Source of the DNA: Verrucomicrobiota bacterium
GTDB lineage: Bacteria > Verrucomicrobiota > Verrucomicrobiia > Limisphaerales > CANJSG01
Direction of reading: 5' to 3'
Assembly (NCBI GenBank): GCA_038209745.1
Contig: JBBQXJ010000002.1
Location: 1-64,000, forward strand
Length of the DNA: 64,000 bases
Under the pieces are notes generated by a model, which worked only from the letters and a program-made list of their open reading frames with translations, had not been told where the DNA came from and did no database searches. Positions 9,714 to 22,099 of this stretch are shown piece after piece. Each line of letters begins with the position of its first letter. Position 1 is the stretch's first letter. A program made the position numbers and the translations under genes.

Positions 9714-10765
9714 TCGACGTCCAGCAAAGCGCCGTGACAGCTGAAGCCAGCACCGAAGCTGGACATCCACCACAGACCGGCCGGCGCTCCGGCGCGCAGG
9801 GTGGCGTCGAGCACGAAGAGGACGCAGGGGCTGCTGATGTTGCCGTTGACCCGCAGCACGTCGGCGCTGTGCCGGACATCTTCTGCTGAGAGGCCGAGGC
9901 GCTGCTTCAGCGCGGTCAACACGTCGCGGCCGCCGGCGTGCCAGAGCCATGCGCGGATCTCGTCGCGGCTCCGGCCGACGCGGGCGAGGACGGTGGAGAG
10001 AACTTCCTCGGCGGCGGTCGCGGCCAGGCCCGGGACAGAAGGGAGCAGGACGTTGCGCAACATTCCGCCCCGATGTTCGAAGCGGAGTTCATCGCGCAGC
10101 CCGGGTTTCAAGACGGTTTCCGCATCGCGCCACTGGATCGGCCGATGCTCGCGCGGCCGAGCGGAGACTGCGGCCGCGGCCGCTCCGTCGCCGAAGAGAC
10201 AGGCGCTGATCAGGACGCCGGGATCATCGTCCAGATACATGGCCGCGCTGCACACCTCCACGCAGACACTGACGATGTTCTTCGCGCCGCCGGCCGCGAT
10301 GACCGCGGCGGCGGTCCGCAGATTGGGAAGCGCGGCGCCGCAGCCTTGGCCGACCAGATCGAGACAGAGGACATTGGGCCGGAGACCGAGTCGCTCCGCG
10401 ACATAGCTGGTGAGACCGGGGCAAAGGTAGCCGGTGCAGGTGCTGATGATGAGGGCGTCGACTTCGGAAATGGCGAGCTTTGCCTCGTCCAGCGCGCGCT
10501 GGACGGCTTGGGCGGCGAGCGCCGGCGCATGTCGGGTGAACCGCTGCTGCAACGTGTCCGGATCCATGGCGAAGGCTTCGGTCAGCTGTTCGAAGACGAG
10601 GTGCCTGGTCTCGATGCCGTTGTCCGCGTTGAGCACCTTGCGAAGGATGGCCTGGCTGCGGGGAGCCAAGCGGGTGAACGGGTCCGAAACCTGCAACGCC
10701 TGCCAGCATTCGCGCTGGGTGTATTGATTGGACGGGACGGCGGTGCCGAGACCGGTGATGAACAT
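9710..10765 (-). CDS. Type III polyketide synthase (chalcone/stilbene synthase family)
   Basis: Catalytic triad motifs GQGC, WHAGG, GNISS; LFGDGAAA; SFGAGFS. Confidence 0.92.
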   Translation of the reverse strand: MFITGLGTAVPSNQYTQRECWQALQVSDPFTRLAPRSQAILRKVLNADNGIETRHLVFEQLTEAFAMDPDTLQQRFTRHAPALAAQAVQRALDEAKLAISEVDALIISTCTGYLCPGLTSYVAERLGLRPNVLCLDLVGQGCGAALPNLRTAAAVIAAGGAKNIVSVCVEVCSAAMYLDDDPGVLISACLFGDGAAAAAVSARPREHRPIQWRDAETVLKPGLRDELRFEHRGGMLRNVLLPSVPGLAATAAEEVLSTVLARVGRSRDEIRAWLWHAGGRDVLTALKQRLGLSAEDVRHSADVLRVNGNISSPCVLFVLDATLRAGAPAGLWWMSSFGAGFSCHGALLDVE

Positions 10766-10907
10766 CGCCGGAGACTACTTGGACGATTTGATTCTGCAAA
10801 TGCCGGGTGCGTAGGAGAACCGTGTCCGGCGCCAAGAATCTTGACGGGTCAGGATGAAGACTCTGCTCGAGACGGCTTAATCAGAATTCCAGGCCAGCAC
10901 GGAGGGT

Positions 10908-11228
10908 TTATGCTGTTCTTGTTGCCCACGAGGTTCCTCGTGCTGCGTGTATCGACGATGGGTCGCCGGAGTGCCTCCGTTTCCGAACACGCAACGTGAC
11001 CAACGTCGCTCCCGCCATGATGCCAAACACAGCGATAGAGAAACCAACGCGGTAGAACCCGGTGATTCGGATCTGTCCATCGAGATCCGCTTTGTTTTGT
11101 GGCGTCGGATTGTCGTGCCATGCACCAAACGCAAGGACGTGATCCCGTCGGAGAATGCACGCGGGAGCGAGAGCGAAACAGGTGACGAGGAACTCTGCTA
11201 CGAGCAGGATGGCGACTCGTTTTTTCAT
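10908..11228 (-). CDS. Small hypothetical membrane protein
   Basis: 106-aa ORF with two hydrophobic segments filling the gap between co-oriented genes. Confidence 0.45.
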   Translation of the reverse strand: MKKRVAILLVAEFLVTCFALAPACILRRDHVLAFGAWHDNPTPQNKADLDGQIRITGFYRVGFSIAVFGIMAGATLVTLRVRKRRHSGDPSSIHAARGTSWATRTA

Positions 11229-11288
11229 CCGTGCCTGGCCGTGTTGAATCCGACGCCGATGCCTGGGTTCTATGGGCGAAGTCAGTGC

Positions 11289-13598
11289 CTACTGTGCGGC
11301 CTTCACCTGCATCTTCATTCCGTAGACGCCCTTGCTGGCGGTGATGAAGAGGAAGTCGTGGTGGGTCCCGCCGAAGGTGACGTTGCCGGTCCAGCTTTCG
11401 GGAACGTCGATGTGTTCGATCTTCTTTCCCTCCTTGTCGAAGACGGTGACGCCGCTGCCGGTGAGATAGACGTTGCCCTCGGAATCGAGCGTCATTCCGT
11501 CCGAACCCATGGTGCAGAAGAGCCGCTTGTGGGTCAGGAAGCCATCGGGCTGCACGTCGTAGGCGTAGGTCTTGTGGTCCTGGATGTCGGCGACGTAGAG
11601 CGTCTTGCCGTCGGGGGTTCCGATGAGGCCGTTGGGCTGGACGAGATCGATGGTGACGCGGCGGACCGAGTCGCGCTCCGGCCCCATGTAGTAGACGTGC
11701 TGCCCGTCCTGTTGCATCGCCGGGCCGCGTTCCCAATACGGGCGGGGGTAGAGGGGATCGCTGAAGTAGAGACCGCCGTCGGGGCGGATCCAGAGGTCGT
11801 TGGGTCCGTTGAGCAGCTTGCCGGCGAAATCCTTCACCAACACCGTGACCGTCTTGTCGGGCGCGATGGACCAGAGTTCGTTCTTGCCGTCGGCGCAGGC
11901 GAGGAGGTTGCCCTTCGCGTCGAAGTAGAGGCCGTTGGCCCGGCCGGCCGGCTTGAGCCAATCGGTGAACGCGCCGGTCTTGGCGTCCCAGCGGACGATG
12001 CGGTCATTGGGCTGGTCGGTGAAGAAGACGTTGCCGTCCTTGTCGGCGGACGGGCCTTCGGTGAAGACGAAGCCGCCGGCCAGCTTCTCCAGCTTGGCGC
12101 CGGGAGCGATGATCCCCGCGCTCTCGGCGCCGATGCGGAGCTGGGCGAAGATCGGCCGCAACGCGGCGGCCCACTTGGCGTAGCCGTCCTTGTTCGGATG
12201 GAGCAGGTCGGGAAACTCGCGGTCGCGGGCGTCGCCCTGGTCGTCGGCGAAGGGCGTCCAGGTGTCGCAACGGACGAAGTTCTTGTCGGTCTTCACGAGG
12301 TCGTCCACGAGGGCGTTGATCCGGCGGATCTTGTCGGCGGGACGCTTCTTCGTGGTGTCGCTGGGCATCACCTTGCAGACGATGACGGGCAGGGTGGCGT
12401 TGCTCTTGCGCAGGGCGGCGAGAATGAGCTTCACATTGCCGGCGATGAGCTCGGGGGTGGCGTCGTCTTCGAGATCATTGGTGCCGATGAGCAGGACGAC
12501 GGCCCTGGGGTTGAGGTCGAGAACGTCTTCCTTCAGCCGATAGAGGACGCCGCGGGTGGTGTCTCCGCTGATGCCACGATTGGCGACCTTCACGCCGGGG
12601 AAGCTGTTTTCCATCGAGTCGCCCCAGCCCTGCGTGATCGAGTCCCCGAGGAACACGACCGCGCCCTGGTCTTTCTCGGCCTGCTTCGACCAGGCGATCC
12701 GCCGGTCGTGCCAGAGTTTGCGGAACCAGTCCGCGCGCCGCACGGGCCCTGTGGCCGGCATGTCGGCATCGTCCGGCAGAAGGGCGACGGCGGGCAGGGG
12801 ATCGAGCTTGGTCTTGATCTCGAAGGTGTCCGGCTGCCCGAGGCGCTGGGCGAACATCCACGGCAGGAACTCCGGCTCGGAGTAGGCCTTGGTCCACGAA
12901 TTGTGGCCGAGACCCCAATACTCGAAATAATGCGGATGCCCGCCCGCGGCGCGGATGGCGGCGATCATGTCGCGGGTGCGGACCACCTTGACCGCCGGAT
13001 CATCCTCCGAGTGGAAGGCCCAGATGGGCACCTTGACCGCCTTGGCCGCGACGGTGTCGTCGCCGCCGCCGCAGATGGGCGCACCCGAAGCGAAGCGGTT
13101 GGGGAACCGGGTGACCAGATCCCACGTGCCATAGCCGCCCATGCTCAACCCGGTGACGTGGATGCGGGCGGGATCGATGGCGAACTCCTTCCCGACCGAG
13201 TCGAGGATCCCCAGCGTCAGCTTCATGGATGCGCTCGGCTCCGCAGGCTGGGTGCCCCGGTCGCCGGACCACTGCATGTCGACCCACTGCTGGCCGTCGG
13301 GGCACTGCGGCGCGATCACGAAGCAGGGGAACGCGGCGCGGTTGGCGGGTTCCAGATACAGGCTCGTGCCGTGGACGAGCTGGGCTGAATTGTTGGAGCC
13401 GCGTTCGCCCGAGCCATGCAGGAAAAGAACCATCGGATATTTCTTGGCGGGCGAATAATTCTCCGGCACGAGCAGCCGGTAGGGAAGAGTGCCGCCGTCG
13501 GCGTTGGTGAAGACGCGGGCTTCGAAAGCCGCCTCGGTGGCGGCCTGGGCGGCGGACACGGCCAACCACAGTGCGGCAAAGATCCGGAAGAAGTGCAT
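11289..13598 (-). CDS. Secreted fusion: alpha/beta-hydrolase esterase + SGNH/GDSL hydrolase + SMP-30/gluconolactonase
   Basis: Signal peptide MHFFRIFAALWLAVSAAQA; LHGSGERG and GLSMGG; FLGDSIT, GISGD, IGTND, DLLHP; FTEGP, PNDL, PNGL, SDGM. Confidence 0.85.
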   Translation of the reverse strand: MHFFRIFAALWLAVSAAQAATEAAFEARVFTNADGGTLPYRLLVPENYSPAKKYPMVLFLHGSGERGSNNSAQLVHGTSLYLEPANRAAFPCFVIAPQCPDGQQWVDMQWSGDRGTQPAEPSASMKLTLGILDSVGKEFAIDPARIHVTGLSMGGYGTWDLVTRFPNRFASGAPICGGGDDTVAAKAVKVPIWAFHSEDDPAVKVVRTRDMIAAIRAAGGHPHYFEYWGLGHNSWTKAYSEPEFLPWMFAQRLGQPDTFEIKTKLDPLPAVALLPDDADMPATGPVRRADWFRKLWHDRRIAWSKQAEKDQGAVVFLGDSITQGWGDSMENSFPGVKVANRGISGDTTRGVLYRLKEDVLDLNPRAVVLLIGTNDLEDDATPELIAGNVKLILAALRKSNATLPVIVCKVMPSDTTKKRPADKIRRINALVDDLVKTDKNFVRCDTWTPFADDQGDARDREFPDLLHPNKDGYAKWAAALRPIFAQLRIGAESAGIIAPGAKLEKLAGGFVFTEGPSADKDGNVFFTDQPNDRIVRWDAKTGAFTDWLKPAGRANGLYFDAKGNLLACADGKNELWSIAPDKTVTVLVKDFAGKLLNGPNDLWIRPDGGLYFSDPLYPRPYWERGPAMQQDGQHVYYMGPERDSVRRVTIDLVQPNGLIGTPDGKTLYVADIQDHKTYAYDVQPDGFLTHKRLFCTMGSDGMTLDSEGNVYLTGSGVTVFDKEGKKIEHIDVPESWTGNVTFGGTHHDFLFITASKGVYGMKMQVKAAQ

Positions 13599-13940
13599 GG
13601 GAGTTTTTGGCGTGTCGGGGCGTCGGGAGTCAATTCCGCAGGCGCTGGGCGGCGAGGGCCGAACGAACCCTGCCCCGGGAGTGGCCACGATCAGACTGGA
13701 AGAAGACAGGTCGGTGCCGGCGTCGCGCCGGATCGATGAGACGCATCCCAGCCTGCCTCCTCAACGTCTTTGCTCGGCAGCGCGGTCCGGAAATTTGGAA
13801 GTCGGGCCGCGCGGCCCGCCTTCTTCTGCCCCAGCGCGACAAAGCTGGCGGTTTGTCCGCTTTCTCGACGAGACTGGTCTAAATTCCGCTAGAGCATGGC
13901 CAGTTCTTCGAACAGGGTCCCCAGCCGAAGCTCAGAACGA

Positions 13941-15893
13941 ATGACAATGGCCAGGACAATTGGCAGTGGCATGACGGCGCTCGCACTCGTTGGCTTGGCG
14001 TGGGCACTGAGCCTGCCCTGCCAGGCGGAGCCCGCGAACGACGCGGATTTTGCCGGGCTGCAGGCCGGCGCCAAAAAGGCCTTCGGTGAAGAGGTTGTCC
14101 CGTTCGTCGGGACCTACTGCTCGCGCTGTCACGGACAAGAAAGACAGAAGGGCGGAATCAATTTCGGACCGGCCCTGAAGAATCCCGGCGAAACGGCCTC
14201 CAACAAACGGTGGAAGCAGGCGGTCGCCATCGTGAAGGCCCACGACATGCCGCCGGATGACGAGGACAAACAGCCGACCGACGCGGAGCGTCAGAAGTTT
14301 TTGGACGGGATCGGCCGGATCAAGTTTCTCAGCTCGAAGGACCCCGGTCCGTTTGTGATCCGTCGTTTGACCAAGGCGGAGTATGGCAACTCGCTGCGCT
14401 CTCTTTTTGGCGTGGATCCGGCGGTTGCCGATGAGCTTCCCGACGAAGTGTTCGGAGCCGGGTATCTGAACTCGCTGTCGCCCCTCCAGTCTGAGCAGTA
14501 TCTCGCCATCGCCAATGAGGTGCTGGACAGGGTTCTGTCTTCCGGCGATGCCCCTCCCACCAAGCTGGAAAAGCGGCTTTTCGGAAAAACGCCGCAGGCC
14601 GGGAGCGACCAACGGATCGCCGCGAGCAAGGTCGCCCGATCTATCGCCCGCGAAGCCTATCGCCGCCCACCGGCCGAAGCGGAACTGGATGTCCTGCTGC
14701 AGGTGTTCGATCTGGGGCGCGAAAACAAACTCTCCTACCCGGCTGCCCTGCGCTTGATGCTCAAAGCGATTCTGGTGTCTCCCCAGTTCCTCTTCATCAC
14801 GCCAGCCGTGGAGGCCGAACCGGGTCACGAGATTGTTCCCTTGGACGACTATCAACTCGCGTCCCGCCTGTCCTACCTGCTGTGGGCGACCCTGCCCGAT
14901 ACCGAACTTTCGGCCCTGGCGGATCGCGGAAGACTGCACGAACCGGCGGTGCTGAAAGCGCAGGTGCGGCGTCTCCTGCAGGATCAACGGTCCCGTGCTT
15001 TGTTCGACGGATTTGGCGCGCAGTGGCTCGGGCTCGACGGCCTCGCGAACAAAACCTTCGACACCACCAAATTCCCCCAGATGACTCCCGCGATGCGCTC
15101 GGCGATGTATGACGAGGCCCGGTTGTTCTTTGACAGCATCGTCCGTGAAAACCGGAGCGTCGTCAGTCTGGTGGACAGTGACTACACGTTCCTCAACGGG
15201 ACCATTGCGACGCTTTACGGCCTGGAAAAGAAGGTCTCCGGAACCCGGTGGCGCAAGGTGAAGCTGACGGATGCCAATCGGGGCGGCATTTTGGGAATGC
15301 CCGGCGTTCTGGCGACGACGTCTTTTCCGAATCGCACCAGCCCCGTCAAACGCGGGGTGTGGGTTCTCGAACAGGTGCTGGGCGAACAGGTGCCACCGCC
15401 ACCGCCCAACGTTCCGGCCCTGGAAAAGCAGGATCAGAAGACCGTCGCAAATTTAACCCTTCGTCAGCGCACGGAACTGCACCGGACGGATGCCGTTTGT
15501 GCCAATTGCCACAAGATTCTCGATCCCATAGGCTTCGGCCTGGAGAACTTCGATGCGATCGGGCGCTGGCGGGATCAAGACGACACGGGCGGGTCGATTG
15601 ACGCCGCGGGCGAGCTTCCCGGTGGAAAGCGCTTCAGCTCGCCCAAGGAACTGAAATCCATCATCGCCGCGCGGAAGGACGATCTTGCCCGCAACCTGAC
15701 GGAAAAGCTGCTGGCCTATGCCTTGTGCCGGCAGCTTGAAGGCTACGACGAAATCGTGGTGGATCATTTGATGGAAGCCACGGCCAAGGACGGCTATCGT
15801 ATGGAGACCCTGATCGCTGAAATCGCCACGAGCTATCCCTTTACCCATCGTCGCATCCAAGAACCCCCCACCTCCCCATCCAATGCCAAGTAA
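13941..15893 (+). CDS. DUF1592/DUF1588/DUF1585-type protein with heme c motifs
   Basis: CSRCH and CANCH motifs; [42 protein letters not shown]; start uncertain (13896-13971). Confidence 0.85.
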   Translation: MTMARTIGSGMTALALVGLAWALSLPCQAEPANDADFAGLQAGAKKAFGEEVVPFVGTYCSRCHGQERQKGGINFGPALKNPGETASNKRWKQAVAIVKAHDMPPDDEDKQPTDAERQKFLDGIGRIKFLSSKDPGPFVIRRLTKAEYGNSLRSLFGVDPAVADELPDEVFGAGYLNSLSPLQSEQYLAIANEVLDRVLSSGDAPPTKLEKRLFGKTPQAGSDQRIAASKVARSIAREAYRRPPAEAELDVLLQVFDLGRENKLSYPAALRLMLKAILVSPQFLFITPAVEAEPGHEIVPLDDYQLASRLSYLLWATLPDTELSALADRGRLHEPAVLKAQVRRLLQDQRSRALFDGFGAQWLGLDGLANKTFDTTKFPQMTPAMRSAMYDEARLFFDSIVRENRSVVSLVDSDYTFLNGTIATLYGLEKKVSGTRWRKVKLTDANRGGILGMPGVLATTSFPNRTSPVKRGVWVLEQVLGEQVPPPPPNVPALEKQDQKTVANLTLRQRTELHRTDAVCANCHKILDPIGFGLENFDAIGRWRDQDDTGGSIDAAGELPGGKRFSSPKELKSIIAARKDDLARNLTEKLLAYALCRQLEGYDEIVVDHLMEATAKDGYRMETLIAEIATSYPFTHRRIQEPPTSPSNAK

Positions 15894-17265
15894 CTTTCTG
15901 ATCGATCGTCGCACGTGCCTGAAGGGGATCGGAGCTTGCCTGGCCCTGCCCCTGCTTGAATCCATGGGCTGGTCGGAGCTGGGGAAGGCAAAGATCTACA
16001 AACCGCCGGTCCGCCTCGGGTTCATGTACATGCCGCACGGGGTGATCATGGATCAATTCTGGCCGGCAACTGCGGAGAGCTTCCTGTCGGCACCGCCAGC
16101 GGCCCTGGAATCGTTGCGTCCCGTGCTTGACCAGTGCCTGCTGATGAAGGGGATTTCCGGAGTTTCGATCGCCCCATTCAACGGGGCACCCCACGCTTTG
16201 GAACTGTCCACCTGGCTCACGGCGGCGTTGCCGGACGCCAACACCCGGAGCGAGATCAACATTGCGATTTCCGCGGACCAGATCGCCGCCAACTACGTGG
16301 GTGGATTCACCTCACTGCCGTCCCTCGAACTGGCCACGATGCCGCAGACCCACAAGGAGAACCAAGAGGGGCTGAACGAGGGCTATTATTCGCACTGCAG
16401 TTTTCGCTCGGCCACCCAGGCCGTTCCCGCCGAGATCAACCCCCGCAGCGTCCTGAACCGTCTCTTCGGAAAGTCCGACAAACCCGGCCGCCTCGCCCAG
16501 ACTGATCCGCTGGATCGGCAGATGCTGGACCTGGTCATCGGGGGCGCCAAGGCCCTCCGCCGGAAGCTCCCTCGGGACGACCAGCACAAAATGGACGAAT
16601 ATCTGGACAGTGTGCGCGCCGTCGAACGCCGCATCGCCGCCATCGAGTATCGTCAAAAAGAGGCGGCTCTGGAAAAGGCCGGGGTCGGCGCCAGCAAACG
16701 CAACGCTTCGGATTCCCCGCCCATTGCCATCAAGATTCCCGAGGGGGACAAACGCAGCGAATACATGCAGGTGATGTGCGACCTCAACGTGCTGGCGTTC
16801 CAGACGGACACCACCCGGGTCAGCACCTACATTGGCTCCACACCCAACGGCGTTTCCTATCCGGAACTCGGTTTCAAGGACGAGCACCACTCCCAGACCC
16901 ATCACAACAACGAACCCGAGAAGGTCCGGAAAGTAGAAGCGATCACCGCGTTCAACATCGCCCAGTTCGCCTACATGGTGAAGAAGATGCACAGCCTGCG
17001 CGAAGGCGACGGCACTTTGCTCGACAACTGCATCATGATGTGGGGCTCCGGCCTCGAGGACGGGAACAAGCACGCCCGGGAAAACCTTCCATTCATCGTC
17101 GCGGGAAGGGGAGGCGGTTCCATCAACACGGGTCGCTTCCTGGCCGATATCAAAGGGAACCAGGGCGACCTCCTCACCACCTTGCTCGCGTGCGCGGGCG
17201 TTCCTTTGGACCGTCCCGTCGGCGTCGCAACGAAACGGTTGAAAGAAATGACCGCCAGCCTCTAG
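15883..17265 (+). CDS. DUF1552 family protein
   Basis: [62 protein letters not shown]; overlaps the DUF1592-type gene. Confidence 0.88.
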   Translation: MPSNFLIDRRTCLKGIGACLALPLLESMGWSELGKAKIYKPPVRLGFMYMPHGVIMDQFWPATAESFLSAPPAALESLRPVLDQCLLMKGISGVSIAPFNGAPHALELSTWLTAALPDANTRSEINIAISADQIAANYVGGFTSLPSLELATMPQTHKENQEGLNEGYYSHCSFRSATQAVPAEINPRSVLNRLFGKSDKPGRLAQTDPLDRQMLDLVIGGAKALRRKLPRDDQHKMDEYLDSVRAVERRIAAIEYRQKEAALEKAGVGASKRNASDSPPIAIKIPEGDKRSEYMQVMCDLNVLAFQTDTTRVSTYIGSTPNGVSYPELGFKDEHHSQTHHNNEPEKVRKVEAITAFNIAQFAYMVKKMHSLREGDGTLLDNCIMMWGSGLEDGNKHARENLPFIVAGRGGGSINTGRFLADIKGNQGDLLTTLLACAGVPLDRPVGVATKRLKEMTASL

Positions 17266-17335
17266 CCAAGACGCTGCCGCGCGGTGCGTTTATGTTTGAC
17301 CCTCCTTTCGGCCAAACTGAATACAGGGATCAACC

Positions 17336-18433
17336 ATGAACCCGAGCCTCACCCGCCGCCGGTTTGTCCATTCAGCCGGACTGACCGTGCTAGCCGCCGC
17401 CGCCGTGCCCGGCGCCTTCGCGCAGGCCGATCACAAGACCGTGGTCGCGCTCGTCGGCTGCGCCCACATCCATACGCCATCCTTCGTCAAGCTGCTGAAC
17501 TCCCGCGCGGACGTGACGGTGAAGTGGGTCTGGGACCACGACGCTTCGCGCGCGGAAAAGAACGCCGCGCAGGTCGGCGCCAGAGCCACCGCCGATCTGA
17601 CCGACATCTGGAACGATCCCCAGGTGCGGGCCGTGGTCGTCTGCTCGGAGACCAACCGCCATCTCGACCTGGTGCTGGCGGGCGCGAAAGCCGGCAAGCA
17701 CATGTTCGCCGAGAAGCCGCTCGGCATCACGGCGACGGACAGCGACCGGATGGCCGACGCCATCGCCTCGGCCGGACTGCTCTTCACCACCGGCTACTTC
17801 ATGCGCACCGATCCGAAGCATCTCTTCATCAAGGAACAGATCGCCAAGGGCCGCTTCGGCAAGATCACCCGGGTGCGGGGCTCCTGCTGTCATGCCGGAG
17901 CGCTCGAAGGCTGGTTCGACGACGATTGGCGCTGGATGGCCGATCCGAAGCAGGCGGGGGTGGGCGCGTTCGGCGATCTCGGCACCCACAAGCTCGACAT
18001 CCTGATGTGGCTCATGGGCGACGTGGCGTCCGTCACCGCCGACATCAAGGTGGTCGTCGGCCGTTTCCCCGGTTGCGATGAATCCGGCGAAGCGCTGATT
18101 CGTTTCGCGAACGGGGCCACCGGCACGCTGGCCGCCGGCTGGGTGGCGGTGGACGATCCGGTGACACTGATGGTCAGCGGCACGGAAGGGCACGCGACCG
18201 TCTTCAAGGATCAGCTCTATTTCAAGAGCAAGCACGTCGAAGGGGCCACGGGCACGGAGCCTTGGAAGCAATTGCCCGCCGAATTGCCGCTGCCTCTAAA
18301 CCAGTTCATCGATGCCGTGGGCGGTAAGAAGGACCAGCCGCTCGTGACCGTGCGGGAAGCGGCCGCCCGCGTCCGGGTGATGGAAGCGATGTATGAAGCC
18401 GCCCGCGAACACAAGTGGGTGAAACTCGCGTAA
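17336..18433 (+). CDS. Gfo/Idh/MocA oxidoreductase with Tat signal
   Basis: TRRRFV signal; AEKP motif; GDLGTHKLD. Confidence 0.85.
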   Translation: MNPSLTRRRFVHSAGLTVLAAAAVPGAFAQADHKTVVALVGCAHIHTPSFVKLLNSRADVTVKWVWDHDASRAEKNAAQVGARATADLTDIWNDPQVRAVVVCSETNRHLDLVLAGAKAGKHMFAEKPLGITATDSDRMADAIASAGLLFTTGYFMRTDPKHLFIKEQIAKGRFGKITRVRGSCCHAGALEGWFDDDWRWMADPKQAGVGAFGDLGTHKLDILMWLMGDVASVTADIKVVVGRFPGCDESGEALIRFANGATGTLAAGWVAVDDPVTLMVSGTEGHATVFKDQLYFKSKHVEGATGTEPWKQLPAELPLPLNQFIDAVGGKKDQPLVTVREAAARVRVMEAMYEAAREHKWVKLA

Positions 18434-18461
18434 CCGCGCCGTCCCGCGACTCTCGTCCCGT

Positions 18462-19274
18462 ATGACCGACGCCACCCAATCCTCCGTCCTGGCCGGCAAG
18501 ACCATTGTCGTCATTGGTGGCACGACCGGTCTCGGGCTTTCTGCGGCGAAGGCCTTTCTGGCCGCGGGGGCCAAGGGCGTCATCGTGACCGGCCGCAATT
18601 CCGCCAATGCCCGCGCCTCCGTAGAATCGCTCGGCGAACGCTCGCGGGCCTTCTCCGGCGACGCCTGTTCGCCAACTCATGCCCCGGAGGCCATCGAGCT
18701 CGCGGTGGAAACGTTCGGCTCGTTCGACGCGCTCTACCACGTGGCCGGCGGCAGCGGACGGAGAATGGGGGATGGGCCGCTGCACGAAGTCACCGACGAA
18801 GGCCTCCGGGCCACGCTGCAGCTGAATCTCGAATCGTTGATCCTCTCGAATCGCGCGGCGGTGAAGCAGTTTCTCGCGCAGGCCACCGGCGGCAGCATCT
18901 TGAACATGGGCTCCGTGCTGGGTGGGTCGCCTTCGCCGCGCTTCTTCGCCACCCACGTCTATGCCGCCGCCAAGTCGGCCGTGATCGGCTTCACCCAAAG
19001 CTGCGCCGCCTACTACGCTCCGCAGAACATCCGCTGCAACGTCATCGCACCCGCCTTGGTCGAGACGCCGATGGCCCGGCGCGCGGCCGAGGACCGGACG
19101 ATTCTCGCCTACATCAAAACCAAGCAGCCGCTCGATGGCGGTCGGATCGGGCAGCCGACGGATCTCGATGCGGCGGCGGTCTATTTCCTGGGCGACGGTT
19201 CCCGCTTCACCACGGGCCAGGTGTTGTCCGTCGACGGCGGTTGGTCCGTGAGCGAGGGGCAGGTCCCGGACTGA
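18462..19274 (+). CDS. SDR family oxidoreductase
   Basis: GGTTGLG, YAAAK, NVIAP, TGQVLSVDGG. Confidence 0.9.
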   Translation: MTDATQSSVLAGKTIVVIGGTTGLGLSAAKAFLAAGAKGVIVTGRNSANARASVESLGERSRAFSGDACSPTHAPEAIELAVETFGSFDALYHVAGGSGRRMGDGPLHEVTDEGLRATLQLNLESLILSNRAAVKQFLAQATGGSILNMGSVLGGSPSPRFFATHVYAAAKSAVIGFTQSCAAYYAPQNIRCNVIAPALVETPMARRAAEDRTILAYIKTKQPLDGGRIGQPTDLDAAAVYFLGDGSRFTTGQVLSVDGGWSVSEGQVPD

Positions 19275-19275
19275 C

Positions 19276-20199
19276 ATGGAATACGCGCTCGGCATCGATC
19301 TTGGCGGCACCAACGTCAAGGCGGTCGCGGTCACCGCGAAAGGGCGCGTGCTGGCGGAGGCTTCCGTGCCGACCGGTGGGGCCAGGGGTTCCCGATGGCA
19401 GGAGGCGGTTCGCGCCGCCGCGAAGGAGGTCCGGGCTGAGGCGAAATGTTCCCCGACTTGGATCGGGATCGCCGCGCCCGGCTTGCCGGCCGCCGACCAA
19501 CGGTCCATCGCCTTTTTGCCGGAACGTCTCCCGGGATTGGAAGGCTTGGACTGGCGGGAGTTCTTCGCCTTCACCCACGCCGTGCCGGTGTTGAACGACG
19601 CCCAAGCCGCGTTGCTCGGGGAGATCTGGTTGGGGGCGGCCAAGCGTTCGCGCAACGCCATCCTGATCACGCTGGGCACGGGGGTCGGCGGCGCGGCGAT
19701 GGTCGATGGGCGTCTGCTGCGGGGTCATCTCGGTCGGGCCGGCCATCTTGGCCACGTTTCGCTGGATCCCGCAGGCGCGTTGGACATCGTCAATGCGCCC
19801 GGCAGTCTCGAAGACGCGATCGGCGACGCCACCATCGCCGCGCGGAGCAGGGGGCAGTTCGCCACCACGCGTGAACTTGTTGCGGCCTGCGGGAAGGGGA
19901 ACGTCGAGGCCCGTCGGATCTGGCTGGAATCCGTCCGCGCATTGGCGGCTGCCATCGCCTCGTTCATCAACGTGCTCGATCCGCAGACCGTCGTGGTCGG
20001 CGGCGGCATCGCGAACTCGGGACCGGCGCTCTTCGTTCCGCTGCGGCGACAACTGGCCCGCTTCGAGTGGCGGCCCGGCGGCGCCAAAGCCCGGATCGTC
20101 CAGGCCAGGCTCGGGGATCGCGCAGGTGCCTATGGCGCGGCCCGAAACGCCATGCTCTTCCCATCGGATCCCTCACGATCGCCCACAATTTCCGAATGA
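19276..20199 (+). CDS. ROK family sugar kinase
   Basis: GIDLGGT, LNDAQAA, TLGTGVGG, GHLGH, VVGGG. Confidence 0.9.
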   Translation: MEYALGIDLGGTNVKAVAVTAKGRVLAEASVPTGGARGSRWQEAVRAAAKEVRAEAKCSPTWIGIAAPGLPAADQRSIAFLPERLPGLEGLDWREFFAFTHAVPVLNDAQAALLGEIWLGAAKRSRNAILITLGTGVGGAAMVDGRLLRGHLGRAGHLGHVSLDPAGALDIVNAPGSLEDAIGDATIAARSRGQFATTRELVAACGKGNVEARRIWLESVRALAAAIASFINVLDPQTVVVGGGIANSGPALFVPLRRQLARFEWRPGGAKARIVQARLGDRAGAYGAARNAMLFPSDPSRSPTISE

Positions 20200-20981
20200 A
20201 AACTTCGCCAACCCAAACCTACCTCCAGTGCGCGCGGCTGCTGGTGGACGCCGTCGAATCCCAATCCGCGCAAATCAGTGAAGCCGCCGATTGGTTCGCC
20301 CAAACGATCTTGGCCGGCCGCATGGTCCACGTCTTCGGCTCGGGCCACAGCCGCATCATGGTCGAGGAGATGTGGCCGCGTTACGGATCTTTTCCCGGCT
20401 TCAATCCCATCGTCGAACTCTCCCTCAGCTTCCACAATCTGGTCGTCGGCGCGAACGGCCAGAGGCAGGCGATGTTCCTCGAAAACGTCTCCGGCTTGGC
20501 CGAGAGGATTCTCCGGAATTTCGACGTGTCGACGGTGGACACCGCGTTGGTCGTCTCCTCCAGCGGTTGCAACGTCGTACCGATCGAGATGGCCGAGCAG
20601 TTCCAGAAGCGCGGCGTGCGCGTCGTCTCCATCGTCAGCCGAAAGCACCTCGAAGCCAGCACCAGCAGGCGCGCGGACGGAAAGAAGCTGCCGGACTTCT
20701 CCGATCTGGTCCTCGACACCGGCGCGCCCGTGGGCGACGCGATGGTGAAGCTCGAAGGCCTCGACACGCCCGTCGCCCCGGGCTCCACCGTCGGCGGTTG
20801 CCTGTTGGTCAACTCCATCAAGGCCGAAGTCGCCCAGCGTCTCGTCCAAGCTGGTCATCCTCCGAAGGTTTTGAGCGCCGCAAATGTCGTGGGCGCGGCC
20901 CGTGCGGTGGAACTGTTCGAGGCGGCCTATGACGAGCATGGCCGACGACTGGCCAAACTTTACCAAAACCTGGGGGCGTGA
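20196..20981 (+). CDS. SIS-domain sugar isomerase family protein
   Basis: HVFGSGHS, VSSSG, PGST; ATG 20196 overlaps the ROK stop. Confidence 0.85.
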   Translation: MKTSPTQTYLQCARLLVDAVESQSAQISEAADWFAQTILAGRMVHVFGSGHSRIMVEEMWPRYGSFPGFNPIVELSLSFHNLVVGANGQRQAMFLENVSGLAERILRNFDVSTVDTALVVSSSGCNVVPIEMAEQFQKRGVRVVSIVSRKHLEASTSRRADGKKLPDFSDLVLDTGAPVGDAMVKLEGLDTPVAPGSTVGGCLLVNSIKAEVAQRLVQAGHPPKVLSAANVVGAARAVELFEAAYDEHGRRLAKLYQNLGA

Positions 20982-21042
20982 CGGGCGGCCCGCCCGTGGT
21001 CAATCCTTCGCCACTCCCATCGCAACCGACCCGCATTTTATC

Positions 21043-22098
<1,056 letters not shown>

Positions 22099-22099
22099 A

